From a virus, in IMG/VR virus record IMGVR_UViG_3300047462_000400, positions 50,870 through 114,869 of that record: a stretch of DNA of 64,000 nucleotides; one strand, given 5' to 3'. Under the pieces are notes generated by a model. It saw only the letters and a program-made list of their open reading frames with translations. It did no database searches and was not told the origin of the DNA. Position numbers and translations under genes: made by a program. Shown here piece after piece: positions 8,870 through 18,720 of the stretch. Position 1 is the stretch's first letter; each line of letters opens with the position of its first letter.

Positions 8870-10828
8870 TTATCGAGCGCGCGCGCGACGGCGGGTGGAT
8901 GCGGAACGGGTGGGCGGCCGGCGAGCCGTGGTGGTCGGCGCGGGCGGCAAGAGCAGCGGGGTGGGCGCGGGAGGCAGGGCTGGGGGGCCTGCGCGCCGCG
9001 ATTCGTCGACATCCGCGCGGTCGCGGTCAGCTCCCCAGCTCTCCGCGTAGCCGTCCACCGTCTCCCAGACCCACTTGAGGTCAGCGACCATCTCGCCGAG
9101 GTCGACGGTGCTGTAGAGGAAGTGGACGATGTTCTCGTAGCGATCGAGCTCGGAACGGTTCTCGCTCGAGAAGAAGTCGAGCGCGAGAGTGCCGTCCTGG
9201 AAGACGCTGACGAGCACAACGACGACCTGGTTGTACTCCGGGCTGTACGTCACGAAGTACGCGGACTCGTTCTTGTCGCTCCAGCGGTGCCCGCCCGGGA
9301 TGGTTTTCGGTTGGCTGCCGCCGACCCTGCCCGAGAGGTCCCTGGCGATCTTCATGACGGCGTCGGGCGTCATCTGCGGCGCGCGGCTGCTGATGCGGCG
9401 GGTGGACCCCCCACGCGGGGACTTCCTCGCTGCTACGCGACGACTCCGGCGCTCCTCCGTGGCGAACTGGACGTAGCCGCCCGCGCGGTCGGCCGCGCTC
9501 TTGGCGTCGCTGTAATCCTTGAAGGGACCGGCGACCTTGCGGCCGTTCGTGCCGACCGCGATGTAATCGTGGACGGCGTGCTGACCGTGCCGCGGGCTGC
9601 GACGGTGGTGGGGCGATTCGAACGCGACCTTGCCGCGATACGCCTCGTCGATGAACCGGTCGAGCGGCTCCGCGGTCGGAGAGAGTTCCCCTTCGGTCCG
9701 CGCGGACGGCGCCGACGAGTGCCAGTACCCGCGCTCCTCCCACGCCTGCCCGATGGTGTACGCGCGCCGCCTTGCGCCGAACTCCTCGCGGGAGCCTCCC
9801 GGGTAGAAGAACCATACCCCCTGGACCGAGACGAGGATATGCGACGCCCCGTTCTCGTCGCGCTCGTGCTTGGCGAGCGCCGGCAGCGAGGAGAAATCGC
9901 GTGCGACGTGCTGCCGCGTGCTCTCCCGCGTCGTCCGACCAAGGTGGCGACGATGGTGGCGACGTCCGCGCGTGGACTCGCTCGGCACGTGTCGCCCGCG
10001 CCGGACGTCCTCGCGGCGGAACCGCTGCTCCTGGTGCCAGAGCCGCGCGATGTAGTCGGCCGCCTTCTCGCTCGCCTGCTTGATGGTGCGGCCGTACCCG
10101 ATCTGCTCGCGCTCGACGCCGGTGGAACCGTCTTCCTTCTGGTATGGCGTGAGCACGACGGCGGCGAACTCCATGCCTTTCCGGTGACCCATCGGCCGCT
10201 TCGAGCGGATGTCGCTGCCGTGCCGGCCGCTCGCCTGCTCGGGCGTGGGGTCCCGGTAGACCTCGTACTGGATGCCGCGCTGGGCACCGGTGTGGACGAG
10301 CTCAGCGTTGGGGCTGAGCGCACCAGTGACGACGTACATGCGCGGTTCGCCGGTAGTGCGCTTGCGCGCCAGGCTCGGGTGGCGCTTGGCCAGCCACTCG
10401 GGCGGGTTGCGGTACATGTCCGGCGGCGGGCCGTAGATGAGCCCATCGTCGCCGACGTAGAGCTCGAACCCCCCGTAGGATTGCGCGGCCTCGCTGAGCT
10501 CGTCGCCGTGCTTGGGCCATCCGCCGTCCCAGAACCCGCTGCCATGCCCCTCGCGGTTCAGCCAGAAGTCGTGGCCGGCGATCTCCCACCGCCCGTACTG
10601 GTTGAACCGCGCGGAGTCCTGCTCGTCCAAGATGAGCTCACCGAACCGCTCCTGGAAGTCGGCGCAGTCCTCGATCATGAGCTCCAGCGTCTCCGGGGCG
10701 ATGTCCTCCACGCCGTAGTTCGCGTCGAGCGGTTCACCGCCCTGCTCGTCTGCGTTGTCGTTGGTCGACCAGAGCGCTGCCTCGATGTACGCGCTCGTGA
10801 ATGCGTCTAGCTTCTTTCCGCGTGCCAT
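8870..10828 (-). CDS. Multi-module protein with Arg/His-rich linkers; N-terminal AYIEAALWS...AGHDFWLNREGHGSGFWD module
   Basis: ATG 10828 with GGAGG upstream; globular segments separated by basic linkers. Confidence 0.8.
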   Translation of the reverse strand: MARGKKLDAFTSAYIEAALWSTNDNADEQGGEPLDANYGVEDIAPETLELMIEDCADFQERFGELILDEQDSARFNQYGRWEIAGHDFWLNREGHGSGFWDGGWPKHGDELSEAAQSYGGFELYVGDDGLIYGPPPDMYRNPPEWLAKRHPSLARKRTTGEPRMYVVTGALSPNAELVHTGAQRGIQYEVYRDPTPEQASGRHGSDIRSKRPMGHRKGMEFAAVVLTPYQKEDGSTGVEREQIGYGRTIKQASEKAADYIARLWHQEQRFRREDVRRGRHVPSESTRGRRHHRRHLGRTTRESTRQHVARDFSSLPALAKHERDENGASHILVSVQGVWFFYPGGSREEFGARRRAYTIGQAWEERGYWHSSAPSARTEGELSPTAEPLDRFIDEAYRGKVAFESPHHRRSPRHGQHAVHDYIAVGTNGRKVAGPFKDYSDAKSAADRAGGYVQFATEERRSRRVAARKSPRGGSTRRISSRAPQMTPDAVMKIARDLSGRVGGSQPKTIPGGHRWSDKNESAYFVTYSPEYNQVVVVLVSVFQDGTLALDFFSSENRSELDRYENIVHFLYSTVDLGEMVADLKWVWETVDGYAESWGADRDRADVDESRRAGPPALPPAPTPLLLPPAPTTTARRPPTRSASTRRRARAR

Positions 10829-11022
10829 TACCGTCGCCTCCGTCGTGCGGGAGCCCGTTTCTGGGAAGCTCGCCTTCGTCGTGCGTATTCCTTGGCGAGC
10901 GTGTCTTGGATGATGTCCATGTCCTTCTACTCGCCCCACTCGGCGCTGTACTTGATCGCCATGCCGACCGCAGCCAGCTGCGCGCGGGCTGCTGTCAGGG
11001 CACGGGATGCTTCGAGGTTCAT
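10828..11022 (-). pseudogene. Small basic ORF interrupted by an in-frame TAG (10927-10929), or two 30-aa ORFs
   Basis: MNLEASR...EWGE*KDMDIIQDTLAKEYARRRR; coupled at both ends. Confidence 0.45.
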
Positions 11023-11513
11023 CGTCGCCTCCGTACCGGGGGTAGCGCGGGGGGCGCGCGCCGGTGCACGGGTCGCCGTCCCGCCGGCCGAACCGGCACT
11101 TGCAGCGTCCGCGTCATCGGCTGCCGCATCTCGTGGGCGGTGTGGCTCGGTTGCTCACGCATCGGGGGCGGCCGGCGGCGCTCGCCGACGTCCCGCTCCT
11201 CGTTCTCGTCGCGGAGCAGGCCCGCCACGAGCTCTTCGACGTCGCGCTTGTCTTGGATGGCCGCAATCACCCGCTGGAGCTGGTCGGCCTCGTGGAAACC
11301 GATGCCGAACGGTTCGAAACCGATGTCCTCAAGCTCTTCGCCGCCCGGCAGGCTGGCGAGGATGCGGAAGAGCAGCGTGGGGTAGTCGTTTGGCTTGTTG
11401 TCGTAGTTCGGCAGCCAGTTCCGCAGCTCGTCGATCATCGCTGCGACCGGCCGGCGCGGGGCAGGTACGGGTGCGGGTGCTGCCGGCGGTCTACTGCTTG
11501 AACGTCTGGCCAT
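11019..11513 (-). CDS. Acidic core flanked by Arg/Pro-rich termini
   Basis: GAGGAGG RBS, ATG 11513. Confidence 0.75.
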   Translation of the reverse strand: MARRSSSRPPAAPAPVPAPRRPVAAMIDELRNWLPNYDNKPNDYPTLLFRILASLPGGEELEDIGFEPFGIGFHEADQLQRVIAAIQDKRDVEELVAGLLRDENEERDVGERRRPPPMREQPSHTAHEMRQPMTRTLQVPVRPAGRRPVHRRAPPALPPVRRRR

Positions 11514-11515
11514 CG

Positions 11516-12772
11516 TTACCTCCTCACCGTCGTCTCGCGGTTGCGCCCACCGAGCTTCGCGCCACCACTTTTGCGTTTCGCCCAGACCGACGAGTAGCCG
11601 GAGGTTCCCCACGGGATCTCCTCCTGCCACCAGTCGAGCCCCTTGGCGGCCTCCTCGACCTCCTCTTCGGATCGACCGAGCTCCTGCGCGACCGCGCTGA
11701 TGACGTGCTCTGCGGAGGCGTACCCATCGTCGGAGGGGATACGGCCCCCCTTGTCGGTGTCCTCGTAGCCTTCCGCCTCGAGCTCGCCCTCGACGCCGGC
11801 CATGGTCTTCTCGGTCTCGAGGTCCCCGTTGACCGCTACTGCATCGCCGAACTCCGCGATACCGACAGCCGTCTCCGGATCGAACCCTTCGCTCTCGAGG
11901 TCGTAGCGGACCTGGTCACCGATGGTGCTCCAGCCGGTGGCCGAGCTCTCGTCAGCCATTCGCTCGACGACTTCTTCGATTGCGGTCCGGATCTCGTCGT
12001 GTCCGAGCACGTCGTTGCGGAACGCTTCGTCCTCGTCCGAGATGTACTCGGCGCCGGCGACCTTGTCCCCCCACCACTTCACCTTCTCGGGGAGGTCGAG
12101 ATCCTTGGACCAGCCGGACGGTCCCTCGTCGGCCCGGCCGTACCCGAGCAGCGCCTCCGCGATGACGAGCGCGCGCTGCTCCGGCGTGTAGTCCGCCTCG
12201 AGCGTCTCCAGGTCCATACCGATGGAGTCGAGCGCACTCTTGACGTCGCGGCTCTCGACGCTGAGGTCGTTCGCGTCGAAGTACGCGACCCGCGTCCAGA
12301 ACGGGAAGCCCACCTCGGCGGCTTCCTTGTCCCCGACGTACTCGCGAACCGGCTGAATCTGAATGAGTTCGACGGCGTGGCCGTCCGCGGCAGCGATGGT
12401 ACCGCCGGATGCGCCCGGGTCCATGTCGCCGCCGATCTGTTGCCACTCCATCGTGGGAATCGTGATCTCCATCGCGCTGCCTCTTGCCTCTCGCGTGACG
12501 GACGCTCGCCTGCCCGCAGCGGGCGCGCGCCCTTTCTTCATGTGAACCTTGATCTGGACGGTCTCCTGCGGGGAACCGTTGACGAGGGCCGTGAACCGGT
12601 CCCCGTGAGCGTGCTGGAGTTTCACGTCGGCCTTCAGCTCTCGGCTAAGCCACCGCTAGGCGGTCTGGAGCGGCACCTCGCCCCTCCTCAGCGGGAAGTT
12701 CACCGAGTCGGCCAACGGGTATGGGTCGATGACCAGGCTGGCGTCGCCTTCCAGCGGCGTCGTGAGGTCCAT
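11516..12772 (-). CDS. Acidic multi-module protein; in-frame TAG at codon 39 (12656-12658) if started at the coupled ATG 12772
   Basis: ATG 12772 overlaps upstream stop and is in frame with the 11516-12625 ORF. Confidence 0.65.
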
Positions 12773-13461
12773 CAATTCACCCGCCAGTAGACCAATCCGT
12801 TCTTGGTCTCTTCGATGTTGCCGTCGTAGCCCGACAGGAAGTGCCCGGCGCCGCCCGTGCTGACCGCCTCCTCGGCGGCAGCGTTGATGTCGAAGCCAGC
12901 AATCTCGATGGCCTTCGCAGCGGCGTCGTCGCCGTAGATGTCTTCGAGGTATCGCATCGGATCCTCGAGCTCCGAGTCAGCCTGGCTCTCGGCGAGCTCT
13001 TCGATCTCTTCCTGCGTGGGCTCCGGCCGCTCGCCCTCCTCGTCCTCCTCGGGCGCCTCGAATCCCGCTCGCTCGTAGTCGTCCCAGAAGTCGTCAGGGC
13101 GACGCTTGGCCGTGTGGGTGAGGTCTTCGATCCGCATGTCCAGCACGTCGCTATGGAGGTCGCGCCGAAGCCGGTCCATGTTGATGTGCTGCTGGATGAA
13201 GTCCTTGTTGAATATCTCGGGCTCCTGCTCGAGGTCTTGCTTGACGATCGCGGTTGCCAGCTCCTCGGCCTGGTCGTTGTTCTCGACGACGGCCCACTCC
13301 TTGTGACCCCCACCACGGATGGTGATCTCGTAGACCGTGCCGGTGCGGAAGCTCTCGAGCCCGCGGTTGCTCTTGATGCTGATGTCGTCGGGGTCGATGT
13401 CGAGCTCCCGCGCCATCTCCTCGAGCACTGCGTCCTCGTCCTCAAAGTCGATATCAGCCAT
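12772..13461 (-). CDS. Highly acidic protein (GHFLSGYDG C-terminal motif); DNA-mimic candidate
   Basis: AGGAGG RBS; very D/E-rich. Confidence 0.8.
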   Translation of the reverse strand: MADIDFEDEDAVLEEMARELDIDPDDISIKSNRGLESFRTGTVYEITIRGGGHKEWAVVENNDQAEELATAIVKQDLEQEPEIFNKDFIQQHINMDRLRRDLHSDVLDMRIEDLTHTAKRRPDDFWDDYERAGFEAPEEDEEGERPEPTQEEIEELAESQADSELEDPMRYLEDIYGDDAAAKAIEIAGFDINAAAEEAVSTGGAGHFLSGYDGNIEETKNGLVYWRVN

Positions 13462-13463
13462 TG

Positions 13464-13655
13464 TCAGTCCTCCTGGCGCGAGCTGAACTCGGCCTCCACT
13501 CTTTCCCACGCCGCCTGCGCTTCCCGGTCAGTCTCGAACCACTCGGCCTCCACGATGCCGTCCGTGGGCGGCTCTTGGTGTCTGCTCCGCGGCGCCGGCG
13601 GCGCTCGTCTCGGCGCTCGCCTCATCGTTCCCTTCGACCCGAATCGCTTCGTCAT
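13464..13655 (-). CDS. Small protein with basic N-terminus and acidic C-terminus
   Basis: GGAGG RBS; coupled. Confidence 0.6.
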   Translation of the reverse strand: MTKRFGSKGTMRRAPRRAPPAPRSRHQEPPTDGIVEAEWFETDREAQAAWERVEAEFSSRQED

Positions 13656-14047
13656 TACGCCCTCCACTCGAACCAGTCCTGCTCGACTTCGCGCGGCAGC
13701 TGCGACGTCGACACACCCACGGCCTTGAGCACGTCACGCAGCGCGGCGTACTCCTCTCCGGCCACCTGCGCGATGTACTCCTTGTCCGAATCGCTCTCGA
13801 TGCCCCAGAGGCCGGGACTCGTGAGCGTCTGAATCATTCCCTCGATAACGACCTCGGCTTCGACGCGCACGCCGACGAACCCGAACTCGCCCCGCTTGTA
13901 GGCTGCGAGTCGGTCTTCGAACTCGTCCTGCTCCAGGTACGAGACGTCCGGATCCGCATCGTGCTCGATGAGCACGCGGAACCGTTGCACCTGCGGCGGG
14001 GGCCGCTTACGTGCAGCTTCGACGACGACACGCCTTTGCGTGGTCAT
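13655..14047 (-). CDS. Phage-type hypothetical protein (GLWGIESDSD motif)
   Basis: GAGAGG RBS, ATG 14047. Confidence 0.75.
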   Translation of the reverse strand: MTTQRRVVVEAARKRPPPQVQRFRVLIEHDADPDVSYLEQDEFEDRLAAYKRGEFGFVGVRVEAEVVIEGMIQTLTSPGLWGIESDSDKEYIAQVAGEEYAALRDVLKAVGVSTSQLPREVEQDWFEWRA

Positions 14048-14111
14048 TCCGTCACACCTCTCTTGTCCCGGCCAGCTTCTCATGCACCCGGCCAGCGTGC
14101 AAGGACTAGGG

Positions 14112-14344
14112 GTGGACATCGCGCGGCGGCCCATCTTCAAGTTACGGGTCCAGGGCTGGAGTCCGTTCGTGACGGGTCCCCCGCGATTCCAGCACACTGC
14201 GGCGCTGACGTGCCCACGTGCGGGCGGGCATTCCACCTCGGCGACCATCGGATTGACAGTTCGGGCGTCGTCTCGCCGTCAGTCGTCTGCCCGTGGGAAT
14301 GCGGGTTCCACCAGCACGTGCGACTGCTCGATTGGAGCGATTAG
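14112..14344 (+). CDS. Small Cys/His zinc-binding protein, frameshifted at CCC 14213-14215
   Basis: Adding one C restores LTCPTCGRAFHL...PSVVCPWECGFH. Confidence 0.55.
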
Positions 14345-14568
14345 CACTCGCTACAGCGGACGCGCGCCGGTGACTTGAACGCACCAGCCCGATCGAGCGG
14401 CACCATGCGCTGTTCGCAGTGCCCGCAGACGAGACGAAGCCAGAGGCATACGCGACCGTAGCTCGGTCGCGACACGCGCCGGGTCGCACCGAAGCCCTTC
14501 AGCTGCGCGCCTCGTACGCGCGTGCGCCACTCCTCCTCGAAGCTCTCGACTGCCTGGAGTGACGCCAT
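14341..14568 (-). CDS. Small zinc-ribbon protein
   Basis: CGHC and CSEC. Confidence 0.55.
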   Translation of the reverse strand: MASLQAVESFEEEWRTRVRGAQLKGFGATRRVSRPSYGRVCLWLRLVCGHCEQRMVPLDRAGAFKSPARVRCSEC

Positions 14569-14571
14569 CGC

Positions 14572-16071
14572 TCAGACGAGCGTAATCGTTGCCGGCGTCA
14601 CCGGCACCGCGAGCGCGAGCTGGATGGTCTGCGTGAAGAACCCGCTGAGGAAGGTGGGCGGGGGGCTCATCGTCGTTGGCGGTAGCGGCTGGCCAGGCGG
14701 GGGGATGGCAACGCCCGGATTCACGAACTGCGCGAGCGGGCCGGCGAGCTGGTCGTCGCTCGGCGGCGTCGCCGGCTGCGGGGAGATGAGCTGCGCGGCC
14801 GTCGGGAACTCGAGGAGCTCCGTCGAGATGGTGCCGCGCGTGTTCGACCCGAGGCTGGGGAGCTGCGGTCGGTTTAGGCGGTTGATGCCGGTGAACGGAG
14901 TCTCGAGCGTGACGCCGCGTGGGGAGACGGCGCGCAGCGTGTAGAAGGTCTCGACGAACCCGAACGGCGTTGCGTCGCCGAGCTGCACGATGAACTGGAT
15001 GGTGTCGCCAGCCGACAGAACGCCGGTTTGGTCTTCCGTGGTGGGGACGTTCGCGGAACCGGTCGTGACGATGAAGTCGCCCTCGAGCTGGGGCGAGGTC
15101 GCTTGCTGGCCCGCGAGCGCGAAGTACGACGGCGGGATGTAGACGAGCGCGCGGTCGATGAGCGTCTGGAGAAGATCCGTCACCCGCTGGAACTCGGTAC
15201 GGGTCGGCGTTCCGAGCGTCGTGGTCTGCTCGGCCTCGGCGAGGTCTTCTCCATTGAGCTCGCAGAGGGTGATCTGCCCCACGCTGTTGCCGAACGCGCC
15301 GGTCGAGGCGACGTGGAAGTCGAGGATGGTCGTCACGTCGAGGCTGCCGACTGCGAGCGGGATGGGGATGGGCGCCTTGCCGGCGAGCGGAGCAACGATG
15401 GTGAACGGTCCCGCGCCCGTCGAGTCGAGGTAGGTCAGGCTGACCGTCTGCGCGCCGCTGCCCGGGGGGATGGGCACCGGCTGAATCTGCGGGACGCCGG
15501 CCGTGTCGAGCGGCGAGGTCGAGTAGACCGCGATGATCGTTGCCGGCGCCGGCTTCACGATGGCCGCCCCATCGTCATCGGTCGTGCCGAGGTACGGCGT
15601 CGTGAGCGTGATCTGCCCAGAGGTGACCGTGTCGACCTCGTAGAAGACGCCGACCTGGGCATCGAACTGCACCCGGTTGCCGTGCTCCAGCGATGGGATC
15701 TGCGAGACCTCGGTCTGCACGATGTCCGAACCGTTGACGGTGAGGAATGCTCCAGGCAGCGCCTCGAGCGCGATGAGCTCGTAGGGTGGAACGGGCGTTG
15801 TCGCCGTCGTGGGGTTGCAGGGGAAGAACGGCGGGGCGAGGGGCGCGCCCGCGGCAGGCGTCATGTTGAGCGTGAGCGTCCGGGTCGCCCCGTCTGCGGT
15901 CGGCGCCGTGACGTCGGCCTCCACGGTGAGCCCGAAGAGCTGCCCCAGCACCGGATCGGTCTGCGGGTTCTGGTAGAGCATCACCGCCGCGAGCGCAGCT
16001 GCCGTCTTCGCGGGGTTGAAGGACGTGCCGGCGGCGCTCACCGACCAGGAAAGGACGATCTGGTTGGCCAT
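14572..16071 (-). CDS. Beta-rich, Thr/Pro-rich putative virion protein with two internal repeats
   Basis: Repeats ...G(N/D)xxQF...FY(E/T)xx(T/A)V...(I/V)TL(T/E)TP(Y/F)xG. Confidence 0.8.
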   Translation of the reverse strand: MANQIVLSWSVSAAGTSFNPAKTAAALAAVMLYQNPQTDPVLGQLFGLTVEADVTAPTADGATRTLTLNMTPAAGAPLAPPFFPCNPTTATTPVPPYELIALEALPGAFLTVNGSDIVQTEVSQIPSLEHGNRVQFDAQVGVFYEVDTVTSGQITLTTPYLGTTDDDGAAIVKPAPATIIAVYSTSPLDTAGVPQIQPVPIPPGSGAQTVSLTYLDSTGAGPFTIVAPLAGKAPIPIPLAVGSLDVTTILDFHVASTGAFGNSVGQITLCELNGEDLAEAEQTTTLGTPTRTEFQRVTDLLQTLIDRALVYIPPSYFALAGQQATSPQLEGDFIVTTGSANVPTTEDQTGVLSAGDTIQFIVQLGDATPFGFVETFYTLRAVSPRGVTLETPFTGINRLNRPQLPSLGSNTRGTISTELLEFPTAAQLISPQPATPPSDDQLAGPLAQFVNPGVAIPPPGQPLPPTTMSPPPTFLSGFFTQTIQLALAVPVTPATITLV

Positions 16072-16498
16072 GGGCTCGAGGGTATCACCGTCGGGGGCGT
16101 GCTAGGGTGCCCCGCAAGCCGTCGTGAGGCGGCCCGTCGTCCTCTACCTGCTCTCGTTCCCGGATGGGCATTGCGTCCCCCGCGGGCGAGGCGGCCTGGA
16201 CGCCGCGGTGCGACCGTCCCCTGATCCCGGACCCCCAGCCGCTCGCGAGGGCGGCGGGGGCATCGCCAAAGCCTCTCGGGCAGCCAGCAGGGCAGCTTTC
16301 TGGCTGTTCCCGTGGCGATTAGCCTCCAAACGACCTTGTAACTGCTAGTCTGAAGCCACGACGAAGCCTCATAACAGCGCGGGGTGGTCATGATCGCGCG
16401 CGCTCGAATGCAGCGTGGTGGGTGGCCTACCGGTGGCCTCGAGCGCCGTCACGGGGCCGCCGGCAGGCCGCAAGGGGGGATCTGGACGCCGGGACCCC

Positions 16499-16529
16499 CT
16501 TGGCCGATAAGGTATCGTTATCGGACAAG
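16499..16529. other. Candidate tyrosine-recombinase site (12-7-12 inverted repeat)
   Basis: CTTGGCCGATAA ggtatcg TTATCGGACAAG, 11/12 match, ending immediately before the recombinase ATG. Confidence 0.65.
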
Positions 16530-17729
16530 ATGCCGGAAGACGACAATATCCCACACGAGTCGACGGCCCTCGCCCCCACGGCGCGTGCGGAGCTGGCGGC
16601 GCTCGACAAGCGCGCAGAAGAAGCGGCCGACGACGCGGTCCCCGAGAACACTCGGCGGGCCTACGAGCTCGATCTCCACTGCTTCGCGTCCTGGTGTTCT
16701 CGTCATGGGGTCACGGCGATGCCGGCCGACCCAAAGGTCATTCGGGCGCACCTCTTCGAGCTCGCGGACCGCGGGAGGGACCCGCTCGACGTCCCGAGCG
16801 GCAAACCGAAGGGGCCGATGGGGTACAGCGCGATCACGCGCGTGCTGTCCGCCATCTGTCGCAGTCATCGCCGGTCTGGTCACCCAAGTCCGTGGGACGA
16901 GCCAGTTATCATCGAAGCGCGCGACACGCTGGCGCGCCTGAAGGGGACGGCGCCGAAGAAGCAGAAGCGTGAGCTCGGCGCGACCGGCGAGGCGCTACTG
17001 TTCCGCGTGTGCGATCTGATAAGCGACGACGTGCGGGGGATCCGTGACCGCGCGATGCTGCTTATCGGCTGGCAAGGGGGGGGACGACGGCGCAGCGAGA
17101 TCGTCGCCGCCCAGGTCGCCGACTTCCAACCCCTCGACGGGGGGCTCCGGTGGGTCATCCCGCGCGCTAAGGCCGACCAGACCGGCAAGGGGCACGTCGT
17201 CGCGCTGACGCCGGCCTCCGACGAACGGTACTGCCCCGTGCGCTCGCTCCGGCGCTGGCTGGCCGTCTCCAAGATCGAGCGCGGTCCCGTCTTCCGGGGG
17301 GTCGACATGGTCACCGGGGCCGTCATGACGGCGCCGCTCGCCCCCAAGGGGGTCGCCAGGCGGGTGCAGTTCTACGTCAAGCAGCTCGGGCTCGACCCCA
17401 GCGAGTTCGGGGGGCACTCGCTCCGCAGCGGGTTCATCACGAGCGCCTACAAGATGGGGCGCAAGGTCCCCGACATCATGGAGGCGTCCGGCCACCACAA
17501 TCCGCGCGAGGTCTTGACCTACATCCGGCGCGCGGGTCTCGTCGAGGAGTCCGCCGGGCGTGGGCTCATCGACGAGGCGATAGCGCGCCGACCGGACCCC
17601 TCCCCGCCACCAGCTCCGCCCCCACCGCCCCCCAAAGAGACGCCAATCCCCCAACCCGCCCCCCAGGCGACGCCAACGCCAGCGGCCGACGACGACTTCC
17701 TCGCGCGGTTCACTCGAGGATTCCGGTGA
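16530..17729 (+). CDS. Cre/XerD-like tyrosine recombinase
   Basis: N-terminal SAM-like domain (NTRRAY); RRRSE, K, HSLRSG, GH...Y catalytic motifs; Pro-rich tail. Confidence 0.93.
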   Translation: MPEDDNIPHESTALAPTARAELAALDKRAEEAADDAVPENTRRAYELDLHCFASWCSRHGVTAMPADPKVIRAHLFELADRGRDPLDVPSGKPKGPMGYSAITRVLSAICRSHRRSGHPSPWDEPVIIEARDTLARLKGTAPKKQKRELGATGEALLFRVCDLISDDVRGIRDRAMLLIGWQGGGRRRSEIVAAQVADFQPLDGGLRWVIPRAKADQTGKGHVVALTPASDERYCPVRSLRRWLAVSKIERGPVFRGVDMVTGAVMTAPLAPKGVARRVQFYVKQLGLDPSEFGGHSLRSGFITSAYKMGRKVPDIMEASGHHNPREVLTYIRRAGLVEESAGRGLIDEAIARRPDPSPPPAPPPPPPKETPIPQPAPQATPTPAADDDFLARFTRGFR

Positions 17730-18168
17730 GGGGAAAGCGCCCGGTCCGGACTCGCGCGCTCGAGGCCCTTCGCACGCGCGCTGCGGGGCTGCGCTGCGGG
17801 GGGTGCGGCCGGCAGAATGTGATCGCGGTCCGCGCGGACGGGTCGGCGCGGTGTGATGGCTGCGGACGGGTGCCCACGATGGCTCTCCTGCGGCGGTAGG
17901 GTCCCACCGAAGTGCATGGGTGTGGCTTGTCAAGGAAACCGCTCTCCGTCGAAGCTGAGGACCATGAACGACACCGAGCCGAGGCCATCCCCCAACGATT
18001 TAACCCGTCACCGCATCTCGGACGGGGGCGCGTCGCGCGCCGCTGGGCCGGTGCGATCGTGATCGTCCGCCGTATCCAGGGCGTACGCTGCGTCCCGGCC
18101 TGGCCGTGGGAGCCTACCGCATTCGCTCACGACGGCGAGTGGTGGCGCCCGCTCACGCCAGAGGAGCA

Positions 18169-18360
18169 GTGACCTCCGGTCCCACCAAGCCGCACTCAGC
18201 TCGCCAGCAGGCGGGCCGGGTGCGGCTCGACGTGTACCTCTCCCGCGAGGCCGTCGACGCCCTGGACGCCATGGGCGACACGAGGACGGCCACGCTGGAG
18301 CGGCTGGTGCTGGCTGAGGCGAGACGGGCGAGGCGACGTCAGAGAGCTGACACGCCGTAG
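18169..18360 (+). CDS. Small RHH-like DNA-binding protein
   Basis: RVRLDVYLSREAVDALDAMGDTRTATLERLV. Confidence 0.55.
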   Translation: MTSGPTKPHSARQQAGRVRLDVYLSREAVDALDAMGDTRTATLERLVLAEARRARRRQRADTP

Positions 18361-18479
18361 ACCGCTCCTCCCCGATGAGGAGTGGGCGGAGTACCGGGGC
18401 GACGGCTCCGGCCAGTGGATGTGCGTCGCCAGCAGTGGCTAACGGCGAAAAGCCCGCGACGTCTCCGCCGCGGGCTCCT

Positions 18480-18629
18480 GTCACTCGGTATCTACCCGGC
18501 TGGACGGAGCACGATTGGGAGCGCGGACGGCTCACCTACAGCGGCGACAGCACGACGGCCCAGGAGTGTATCTGGTTTTCTCCCGCCTGCCTGCCGCTGG
18601 TGGCCAAGCAGGCGACATTGTTCGGATGA
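18480..18629 (+). pseudogene. Orphan C-terminal tail resembling phage DNA adenine methyltransferases
   Basis: LPGWTEHDW...ECIWFSPACL...QATLF with no catalytic domain upstream. Confidence 0.45.
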
Positions 18630-18680
18630 CGGGCCCCATGCTAAAATAGTGCTTGCGCGGTCTGTACCGCGTGCTAGTCT
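18618..18680 (+). promoter_or_regulatory. Tandem sigma70-like promoters
   Basis: TTGTTC-18-TAAAAT and TTGCGC-16-TAGTCT, both with extended -10 TG. Confidence 0.45.
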
Positions 18681-18720
18681 TCTCTTGTCAGCACGGAGCT
18701 GGCGGAGGAGCGGTAGGACG

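Noticed and set aside
10927-12658. Genome-wide TAG reassignment
   Set aside because: Many coupled genes clearly terminate at TAG (e.g. 2072, 6399, 18360), and no suppressor tRNA was seen
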